DNA of 17,270 bases, filler included, from an uncultured virus (IMG/VR IMGVR_UViG_2061766007_002390) (lineage: Duplodnaviria > Heunggongvirae > Uroviricota > Caudoviricetes). It is 3 parts of one record of this genome, joined end to end, with 100 filler letters (N's around TTAATTAATTAA, not from the genome) between each part and the next. Parts side by side here need not be neighbours in the genome. Positions count along the whole stretch, not along the records: positions 421 to 16,350 come from IMGVR_UViG_2061766007_002390; positions 16,451 to 17,270 come from IMGVR_UViG_2061766007_002390; 1 more part is not named here. One strand, written 5' to 3'. Shown one piece after another: positions 8,077 to 17,270 of the stretch. The first letter of the stretch is position 1. Each line of letters starts with the position of its first letter. The notes beneath the pieces are model-generated. The model was not told the origin of the DNA. It searched no databases and saw only the letters and a program-made list of their open reading frames with translations. The position numbers were made by a program, and so were the translations under genes.

Positions 8077-11000
8077 TTAATTATTATGTACATTACCAAG
8101 GTCTTTGGTGGTTTTTCTTTCTTTTTCTTCCTCACCTTCAACCTTACCTATATATTCCATAGTGTCAATATCAACAACCTTACTGTTCATAGCATTACCA
8201 AGATTCTTTGTAACAACTGTTGCCTTTTCCTTATCATTAAGGTATCCATATATATTACCTATATTCAAAGCATCTGCTGCTTTCTTTGGAGGAATACCTG
8301 TTGATGCAGATATACCTGTTACAATTTTTCTCAATGCATCATCCATTGCTGTCAGTTCCTGATTCTTTTGGGAAACAGAACCTAATGCAAAGTTATTGAC
8401 AACTGTTGTCTTATAGTGGTCATCAACAGCAACAGAAGTATCGTGTCTGATATAATCCCTGTAATCATTGTTATTTACATTACCCAGGACACTCTTATCA
8501 AACCACCTTCTGAAGTTTCCATCAATACCAACAGTATTTTTTCTGTCAGCCCAACTGCTATTACTCAAAGAATCTTTCAGACTCTGGTAGTTACTTATTT
8601 CACCAGGTTTGATTTCATTGAAATTCTTATTAAGTACATACTTCCTCAAGTCTTCAAATGGCAGGAAGTTGATTACACAGTTACCATAAGTAAATGTAAA
8701 TTTTGTTTTTCTTGCCTCATTATTTGGTAAATTTGAAACACTGTCAAACAATCCACCGGTTTCATTAGGAACAATCTCACAATCAAAGAACTTGAACTCA
8801 ATTGCTGATACATAGTTAAGGGCAAACTCTGCAATAGGAAACAAATCACCACTGTTCTCAACATTCGGGTTATTGATAGAGTTCTTGAAGTTCCTGATGT
8901 CATGTACAAAGATGGAACAATTGAATCTTCTCAAATTGATTGGAACCCTTTCTCTTCTGTATTGTCTGTCATATGCAGCATTGAAATACTTGTTAAACAT
9001 TGATGTGACCCTCAAATCAAGAAACTCCATACATTCAATTGAAATCTTGTCATCTCCGGAACCCATATAAGGATCCTTCACTTCAAAGTATTTGTTGTAT
9101 GCTTCTTCAAGACCGGTTATTGACTGGAACACATAAGGGGTTTCATTTATGAGTTTTTTCATATCCCTGGTGAATCCCAGCATATCATACACAGTCTGGG
9201 GAATTTCAAACAGTTCCCTGGTATTTCTTGTTTTGGGATCTACATAATCTGAAGAAGGAAGACTACTGTTTCTTATTACATTATTTACATCCCTGTTCTG
9301 ATAATCCTCAATTGTTGAAATATTATCTTTTGTGTTCTGTAAATCATTTATTCTATACTCTTTCTTTACATAATCATCATTTTTAAGATCTTCCTTTGCC
9401 TGAAGATAATTATAACATAAACTATTTGGTGCAGGATTGTTTTCAGAACCTATAGTACCATCATCATGTACACCAANNNNNNNNNNTTTCCTTTGCCTGG
9501 AGGTACTTATAACACAAACCATCATTATCTCCTGTACCTGGTGCAGGATTGTTTTCAGAACCTATAGTACCATCATCATGTACACCAAATATCCTCTTTT
9601 CCTCTTCTATCAATTGCTCTTTCTTTTTATTGATAGTATCATTTGCACTATTGGCAGATTTGATATTTTCTATATTTGCCTTTGTTACAAATGCAATCTT
9701 TTTGATATATGAATCCAGGTCATCCTTGTCTATCTCCTTTTTCAAACTCTTTTCTTCATTTTCTAAATCTTTCAATGAAGGGAGTTTAAATGTGATAGTG
9801 GTGGATTTTTTATTCACTGGCTTCTTTTCACCCGAAGGACTGTTGTACATAGAGTCTGTACCTTCCACCAAAGAAACAAATTCNNNNNNNNNNTCCCTTT
9901 TCTTTTTCTACTAATTGTTCATTCTTTTTATTGATAATATCATTTGCACTATTGGCAGATTTGATATTTTCTATATTTGCCTTTGTTACAAATGCAATCT
10001 TTTTGATATATGAATCCAGGTCATCTTTGTCTATCTCCTTTTTCAAACTCTTTTCTTCATTTTCTAAATCCTTCAATGAAGGGAGTTTAAATGTGATAGT
10101 GGTGGATTTTTTATTTACTGGTTTCTTTTCACCTGAAGGACTGTTGTACATAGAGTCTGTACCTTCCACCAAAGAAACAAATTCTGCCCAGACATTGTTT
10201 ATTGAATTCTTGACATCATTCAATACACTGTCATCAACTGTTGTTTTAAGTTTATCTGCATTACTTGAAAGTGTTGATTTGTAATCATTCAATGACTGTT
10301 TGATTTCTATTTTTTCAGATTCTATGTTGTTTTTCTCATTTTCAATCTCTTCTTTTAGTTTTTTATAATCTGAATAGGCAGTCATATAATCATTATATGT
10401 ATTGTTAAGTTGCTCTTGTTTTGCATCATGACCCGCTTTCAGTCCATTGAGTTCTTCCTTTTCCTTTTTAATCTGCATATCTATTGCAACCTCTTCAGAA
10501 CCAATCTTACATTTTACAACACGGTTTAGTTCTGGTTGTGGTGAGAATTGAGAGGTTTCACCTTTATAATCAGTAACAATCCTGGATGATTCAATACCAT
10601 TACTGATGAGAGTATCCCTTACCGTCTCAACTCTTCTTTTTGACAAGTCTATATTATGTTGACTGGTACCAACCTCACTTGCATAACCAGTGAGTTGTAT
10701 AGCACTGTCAGGTTGACTCTTCATTGATTCAACAAGTTCATTTATCTTTGTGTTCTCACTTGGTCTGATAAAATCCTCATCATTACCAAATAAAATATCC
10801 TGTTCATTTTTGAAAGAGTTCAGAATATCACTGTAATTATCAAGAATACTTCTGTCAGGAGTACCATTACCCAAATCTGTAACACCAAAATCATCTGTAT
10901 ATGTACCTATTGAAACCTTATCAACCATATAAATATAATCAGCAGCACCATAAAGAACATTGTCTATATAGTGTTTATCCCACAAACCATAACCAGGTCT

Positions 11001-11315
11001 CCTCCTGTTGTCAGTACCAAATGGATTCTTTGTATCTATTGTCAATATTTCATATGTACTTGGGTTGCCCAAAATATCAATGGCATTGACCTGATTAAGT
11101 TTATTCTCTATACTTTTTGCAATTTCTGTATTTGTTCCATCTGGTGATCTCAAACTGTCTGTAAATTCCTGTTCACAAAGAGAATAGAACAATGGAGAAT
11201 GAAGTTTATCAATATCAAAGGTAAATCCGGTAAATATCGGATCCTCAATACTGTTCCTTGAATTTTGACAATACTTGGTCAAAAGATTATGTGTATTCAA
11301 AAATTTTATATCCAT
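8077..11315 (-). CDS. Large virion protein (~940 aa reconstructed): N-terminal domain, OmpA_C-like domain, coiled coil, tail-tube-like (gp19/gp48/gp54-type) domain
   Basis: Three track ORFs overlap through duplicated segments at 10-N gaps (EFVSLVEG...; GVHDDGTIGSENNPAP) and so form one gene. The OmpA_C motif is at 10503-10805. The tube-like pattern is PYVFQSITGL...ISIECMEFLDLRV...FNCSIFV...FKFFDCEI...FTFTY; this call is an inference from the pattern. Confidence 0.65.
10503..10805 (-). other. OmpA C-terminal-like (peptidoglycan-binding fold) domain within the large virion protein
   Basis: ILFGNDEDFIRP...IQLTGYASEVGTSQHNIDLSKRRVETVRDTLISNGIESSRI...KGETSQF...NRVV matches the OmpA/MotB C-terminal signature (F..D; I.G.A...G...N..LS..R...V...L...GI...RI; NR.V). 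Confidence 0.85.
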
Positions 11316-11320
11316 AGTCT

Positions 11321-13424
11321 TTACTCTGTTACTATTATATTTTCTATGATGTTTTCTTCTTTATATTTATCTATNNNNNNNNNNGGCAAAGAATGATAAC
11401 ATAATTCAGTTTGAAGATGAAGGTATCATTGAGGCAGTGAATCCAAGACAGTGGAAAACCAAATGGCCTGAAGTTATTTACAACAGGGCATTGTCAGGAT
11501 GGTATGTAGTAACAGAGATTGAAATTGATTATGATTCCAATGACAATAATCTTAAGATGAATTTACTTCTTAACAGGATTGAGTACAAACCTTGTTTCAA
11601 GGATGAATATGTACTTGCAAAAAAGGCGATAGATAAATATAAAGAAGAAAACATCATAGAAAATATAATAGTAACAGANNNNNNNNNNTGCCTTTTTTGC
11701 AAGTACATATTCATCCTTGAAACAAGGTTTGTACTCGATCCTGTTAAGAAGTAAGTTCATCTTAAGATTATTGTCATTGGCATCATAATCAATTTCAATC
11801 TCTGTTACTACATACCATCCTGACAATGCCCTGTTGTAAATGACTTCAGGCCATTTGGTTTTCCACTGTCTTGGATTCACTGCCTCAATAATACCTTCAT
11901 CTTCAAACTGAATTATGTTGTCATTCTTTGCTTGTTTATATTTAACTGCATCCCCAGTGTCATAATCTTTAATATCTTCTTTTGATATTTCCTTCTGGGA
12001 ATACATATTCTTGTCAAATATATCAACCCATACCCTACTGAACTTTGTGACAGAAGGATTGTAGTTTTGAAGTTTTACCTTCAATCCACACATCTTCATA
12101 CACTTCATCTGGTATCTGTTATTCACCTCTGCAAAGTAATACTGCTTGAAAGTGTTGGATGTGTCAATATTTCCGAAGTTGTTGAATGACTCTACATTGG
12201 TCATATTGTCAACACTTGCCATATTACCATTAATATAGTTCTCATTTGTCATCTGCATCAGGTTGAGAGGTATATATGATTCCTGTGTAGGTTCATCAGG
12301 GATGGACAATATCTTCTGTGATATAACATCTCTCTTTAGATTATCAATAGGTCTTATGACAAAATCACAAGAACTGAACCCCCAGTTACCAACATTGGAA
12401 TCACAATATCTTGCATGTGTCTTGTATCCATCAGATAATGATGAACTGGTGTTTGTTATCTCCTCATATGATTCTATATAATTTGACCATCCATCAAACA
12501 GTTCATCATTTGTCAGGAAGTAATAACTCAACTTCTGATATTGATTGTTCAAAGGATCATCACCATCCTTGAGAGGTATCTGATTCTCTGTTGTTTTCTC
12601 ATCCTTGGTGGGATCAAATTCCGGAATATTATGAGGAGGATAACATTTGTATATCATAGCTGGAGTGTCTGTCTTACTTCCACCATGTGAAAGAAGTGAA
12701 TGACATTCCACAAAATTCAATACATTGTACTGGTCAATGAATGATGTGAAGAATGTGTTTGGTGAGTAACAGGCATGTGCTGTGATATCTTCCATAAAAT
12801 CAAAGTAAGTACCTGTCTCATTATTTCTCCAAGTCATATTATCCAGGGTGTTACTCTTTGTAAAGTTGGTGGCAAATCCAAGACCTGTCCATACTGCAAG
12901 ATTGAACAATGACTGTATTGCTGTACATTTACCTCCACACCATGCTTCCTTCCTGTATCCATAAGGTATGTTCAATTTACCATTCACCCTATATCTGAAT
13001 CCACTGTTTCCTACCTTTCTTATGTTTGTAAGTATGAAATCCTGACGGATTGGTTTATAATAGAGTTCATCACCCTGACCACCTATATGAACCTTGATGA
13101 TTGCACCAGGTTTAGGTACATTGGTTGACAACATTGAATTGGAACTGTCCATAAAATCAAATGACAAAACAGGAAGAAATCCTGTGTAGTCCAACTTGAA
13201 TGCACATATATCAACCTGNNNNNNNNNNNNNNNNNNNNNNNNNNNNNNNNNNNNNNNNNNNNNNNNNNNNNNNNNNNCTCATTAATTATGAACTCACTTA
13301 CACTTATGGCAGGTTCAACCAACTGGACTGAATTAATTTTGTCCCCAGTCAGTTCAACATACTTATTGTTATCATCTATTCCACCTATGGGAAATATTTT
13401 ATTATAAAGTGTATTTAAATCCAT
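11321..13424 (-). CDS. Baseplate hub-like protein (gp27-like), ~595 aa, interrupted by gaps and an inverted allele
   Basis: Starts at 13424 (MDLNTLYN) and continues after N13219-13277 (QVDICAFKLDYTGFLPVLSFDFMD...). The true end IDKYKEENIIENIIVTE* is at 11321-11374, 5 nt before the next ATG. The C-terminal LKVKL..NP.V....V.VDI and LSGWYVVTEIEIDY...M.LLL.R match the hub/late-control-D pattern. Confidence 0.55.
11385..11678 (+). repeat. Inverted allele of the 3' end of the hub-like gene, placed between two 10-N gaps
   Basis: Reverse complement of about 11689-11931 plus 11324-11374. The protein is the same except DYDSND versus DYDAND; the other differences seen are synonymous. Confidence 0.9.
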
Positions 13425-13428
13425 ATTC

Positions 13429-16066
13429 TTACTTTACTCTATATCTTTGACCATTGACAGTTACATAATCACCACTTCTGACATTTGTATTGGCAACAAA
13501 TACTTTCAGTGTTTGTCCATTTATATCTGTTACCTGAACAATAGAACCATTCTCTGTCCTCATAACATTATCAACAAAACTTGAATTGTCAGCAGCCTGA
13601 CCTTCAAAGCAGTCTTTCTCCAGGTCTTCGGTGTAATATGTGTACCAATAGAAAGCAGCATATGCACTGTCTATTTTTGTTAATATTGTTCCGACACGTT
13701 TCTGGTTCAACATATAGACACCACCTTTCTTCTTGTGACTCTTCTTTGATGCTTTCTTGATAATCTTACTCTTTATCCTTTTCAGAATATCACCAATAGG
13801 AAACAGAAATGGAGACAACATTGATGATGAATAATAAGTGTTTCCGGTATGATCCAGATTAGGATGGAAGAAATGCCAACCTATAAACTTGAGATCATTA
13901 TCCATTGGTTTTCCATCAACTAAATCAGATACTGTTGTTGTCTTTCCAATTTCTTTTATTATAGGAGATTTATAAGCCACAATAACATCTCCCCTTTCAT
14001 CAAGTTCATCAATCACTGCTTCAATTTTATCCCTGTCAAAATCACCGGATGCATCAGAAAGTTGTGAGATAAGATTTCTTGCACCCTTATCTGTTGAACT
14101 CACACCCTTCAACAAACCTATGGAATCTTTTATATATCCATCTTGTTCTTTTGTAATTGACTCATTTTCAAGATATTCTTCAAGTGCTTCCAAAGTATGT
14201 TCATATTCCTCAGTATCACTGAAATAAACAGGTGATAACATATTTGTAAGTTTTGCACTTGCCTTTTGGACATTGTCTCCAAATGCATCAATAATCTCCT
14301 GTATCAAATCCATCAACCATTTGAGACCAACTATATCCATAAGTTGTTTAATTATTTCCTTCAGGTTGTTTAAACCATTTATCATCAATCTTGCAATCTT
14401 ATTGATGTTGTTCATAATATCAATCACAAGGGTTATAATATCCTTGATGAATTTAAATATAGTCTTGATATCCATCCAGAAATCAGAAATCTTATATGCA
14501 GGATTTGGAACAACAGTACCAATATCCGCCGGCATAACCATCTTGAGTGATGAACATATCAATTGAGATCCCAAATTTTTACACAATTCCTTGATGTCAT
14601 TGAAGTCCTTATTGATTGCATTACAACAATCATCAATGAACATATCACAAGAACCACCATTCTGGAAAAATCCTTTTATCTCAGCAATACAGTCTTGATA
14701 TTGTTTCATCATTGACTGCCAGTCTGATTTAAGTGTGTTACTTCTGTAACCTGCCTCTTCCCAGAACCTATCCAGTTCTTCACCAATAATATCCTTGAGT
14801 TTTGATGTCTGCTTTGCTTTCTTGACCTTATTCCTATATTTCTTCACTTCCTTTATAGCAGATCTCATCTCCCTCTTTGACAATGTACCCTGGGCAGCCT
14901 TATTGTCAATGTCAGTCCTCTTCATATAGAGTCTGATATCCTCTCTCTGTTTTTTTATCTCCTCATCAAATTCCTTCAGGAATTCTTCATAATTTTCCGC
15001 ACTATAGTTCCTTTCATCTTCAGAAATTTCATCCAATTCTTCAAGTTCCCTATATGCTTCATTGGTCAAAGCATTGTATTGTTTGTACATATCTTCAGGA
15101 GTCATTTCAATATCACTCCTTATCTTATACAACATTGATTCAAAATCAATAGGAGGAAGTTTGTCCAGTCCAGTCCTTACAATAATAGACTGGGTAAGAA
15201 CACCTGTAAATGCAGCAACAACTTTACCAATACTGAAATTCTTTATTACAGTATCAAGAGACTCTGCAACAGCAGTTGTAATTTCTACAGTCTTTTTGTT
15301 CTCATCCTGATATGTGACTTCCTGAGATATTTTCTGGGCACCGGTTGAAACAGAACTCAAACCAGTAACATTCTTAAAACCACTGTCAACAATGTTGTTC
15401 AATTTTGCCATCTTTTCACGGAGTTCCTTAATGAGTGTCTCAACCCATTTGTTTGCATCCGAAAGACCACCATTGATAGTATCTGCAACACCCTGGACAG
15501 TACCCATTGCNNNNNNNNNNAGTCTCAACCCATTTGTTTGCATCTGAAAGACCACCATTGATAGTATCTGCAACACCCTGGACAGTACCCATTACTTGGT
15601 TCTTTTTATCTGTCACTTTCTGTTTTGCCCTGTCTGCTGAATTCAGTTGTTTGAATCCATCACCTGTCCATTCAAGTTCATCTTCACTTTCTTTTCTAAG
15701 AATAAGAGACACAGTGTCAGACAGTTCTGAAACCATATCAAGTGTGTTTTCTCCAAGACCCATTGCTTCATTGATAGTATCCTGGGAAACAGTATTTAAT
15801 CTATTGGTAATATTTGAAAGAGAACCAGTGATACTGTTCATCTGTGTCATAAGGTAGTTGGCAGGTATGTCTGCATAACTGTCCAAAAGTTTATCCATAT
15901 CATCAGACAGTTTCTGAACCAATGTTGACAGATAAACCACATCACCCACAACCCTTGTTACAAAATCTTTAGGTTTAGGCATAAGAGATATGAACTGCAT
16001 TGTCTGTGCAGTAACACACATTATCTTTATACTCTTTCTCATTCCAGAGTTAATAACATCTGCCAT
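13429..16066 (-). CDS. Large helical hypothetical protein (~850 aa reconstructed), probably structural
   Basis: Track ORFs 15440-16066 and 13429-15576 join through a 72-bp direct duplication (15437-15508 and 15522-15593) across a 10-N gap. It lies 2 nt after the upstream stop and 4 nt before the downstream start. Confidence 0.75.
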
Positions 16067-16068
16067 AT

Positions 16069-16350
16069 TTAACTACCCCATTTATAATTTACAAGCAACT
16101 CATTCTGTGCATTATCTACAACCAGTGTGTTGTGAGTGTCATCAACAACATACTGACTCAATATGAGTTTGTGGAGATCCTCCTCACAGAGTTTATTCCA
16201 TATTCTGAAATTGGTGAGATGAAGATTACCACCCTTGAGACCACAGTATCCATCAACACTGAATGTACCAAGTTCATTAGGTGTACATCCTATCTTAATA
16301 ATTTCACTGTGTGAATTGTTGATGGTATCACTACCCTTCACTTCATATAA
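16069..16350 (-). CDS. C-terminal fragment of a protein, possibly ending in a LamG/concanavalin-like domain
   Basis: The frame is open to the linker (LYEVKGSD...). G.L.LTNFRIWNK resembles the last strand of LamG-like domains; TAA at 16069. Confidence 0.55.
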   Translation of the reverse strand, partial: LYEVKGSDTINNSHSEIIKIGCTPNELGTFSVDGYCGLKGGNLHLTNFRIWNKLCEEDLHKLILSQYVVDDTHNTLVVDNAQNELLVNYKWGS

Positions 16351-16450
16351 NNNNNNNNNNNNNNNNNNNNNNNNNNNNNNNNNNNNNNNNNNNNTTAATT
16401 AATTAANNNNNNNNNNNNNNNNNNNNNNNNNNNNNNNNNNNNNNNNNNNN
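16351..16450. other. Artificial contig-joining linker (44 N + TTAATTAATTAA + 44 N)
   Basis: The 12-mer is at 16395-16406; same structure as 321-420. Confidence 0.95.
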
Positions 16451-16588
16451 GATTCTTCCTTCATATGTCCTGGAATTATCCTCAACCTTCTTATGTCTGA
16501 AAATATTAAACCACNNNNNNNNNNAATCCTCCCCTCAAATGTCCTGGAATTATCCTCAACCTTCTTATGTCTGAAAATATTAAACCAC
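16451..16588 (-). repeat. Two 64-bp alleles (16451-16514, 16525-16588) of a short coding fragment
   Basis: The minus strand reads WFNIFRHKKVEDNSRTYEGRI versus WFNIFRHKKVEDNSRTFEGRI; the EGRI codons differ synonymously (GAA GGA AGA ATC versus GAG GGG AGG ATT). Confidence 0.7.
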
Positions 16589-16598
16589 NNNNNNNNNN

Positions 16599-17231
16599 AT
16601 ACTGTTCATAAGGTTCTATGACACCTTTTCTCATCAAATCCTCATATTGTTCATCAGTCCACATCTTGAGGTTTTCAGGCCATTCCTCATCAAGTATCTG
16701 TTTGAAGAGGGGAATGTATTTGAGTTTGGCACCATCCACAAATCTTTCATCACCAATTGCAACAGTCTTTGCAATTTCAGGAAAAGACCTGTAGAAGTTC
16801 ATCCATTCCCTGTCTGAACGCTTGAGTGAAGGGACTCTCACCTTCTGGTGACCTCTTCCTTTTGCCTGCCAGGTATTCCTGTATTTACTGTCATCAACAG
16901 ATAATTTCTGTCTTATGGTATCACAGTCTTCCGGTGCCCAGTGTTGTTTCTTATATTTCTTCTGGTCATTAGGAACACTGTAAGGATACTCTTCTGCCTC
17001 AACAATCCAATAAGGAGTCCTCCAATAATCCCTCTCCTTTCTGATTGCTTTGCGGATAGTCTCTTCAAGAGGTGTGGAGTTATAATCATACCATCTTGCA
17101 TATTTTTCAGTATCTGTATACTTCCTTACAGGATTGTCTCTATAACCTTGAGGTGTTACCACTGAATGAAATCTCATCCATCTACCTAAAGACCTGTGAT
17201 TAGGATCATGATGTGGATTTGGTTTTTTCAT
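16599..17231 (-). CDS. Hypothetical basic, Trp/Tyr-rich protein; 3' end lost in a gap (separate contig)
   Basis: ATG at 17231 with an open frame of about 211 codons to N16589-16598; includes KVRVPSLKRSDREWMNFYRSFP. No function recognised. Confidence 0.7.
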
Positions 17232-17270
17232 AATGATGTTTTGTTTTATTCAGCACAAGCTGCTCTGCAA

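Noticed and set aside
9391..10184. Diversity-generating retroelement template/variable repeat pair
   Set aside because: The differences are not restricted to adenines in either copy, include an indel, and no reverse transcriptase is present in the window.
11385..11931. Shufflon-like inversion swapping the hub protein C-terminus
   Set aside because: The two versions encode essentially the same peptide (one S/A change) and the extra copy is bounded by N gaps.
16451..16588. CRISPR-like or regulatory direct repeat
   Set aside because: There are only two copies, separated by Ns, and they differ as synonymous codons of one peptide. No spacers are present.

Overview
AT-rich, strongly CpG-depleted fragment of a large T4-related (myovirus-type, probably jumbo) phage, most likely from a metagenomic assembly of a mixed-strain population. 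Two artificial 100-bp linkers (N44-TTAATTAATTAA-N44 at 321-420 and 16351-16450) delimit a central scaffold (421-16350), so 1-320 and 16451-17270 need not be adjacent in the genome. The scaffold carries a divergent gene pair at 3253/3292. Leftward lie a hypothetical gene, a FEN/T4-RNase-H-type 5'-3' exonuclease and a partial next gene. Rightward lie a gp4-like head-completion nuclease, a tape-measure-like protein with five ~81-aa repeats, a gp26-like baseplate/tail chaperone and a gp51-like ORF overlapping it in the +1 frame. Converging from the right is a tightly packed minus-strand structural operon: a LamG-like C-terminus, an ~850-aa helical protein, a gp27-like hub, and an ~940-aa tail-tube-like protein with an internal OmpA_C domain. 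Many ORFs in the supplied track are fragments, because near-identical direct or inverted copies next to 10-N gaps look like strain alleles misplaced by the scaffolder. The most interesting signals are a candidate +1 programmed frameshift (UCC_UUU_CCC) fusing the gp26-like and gp51-like ORFs, the OmpA-domain insertion in a tail protein next to a variable segment, two recurring promoter-like motifs and a long intergenic hairpin. Family assignments come from motif recognition by eye; no searches were run.
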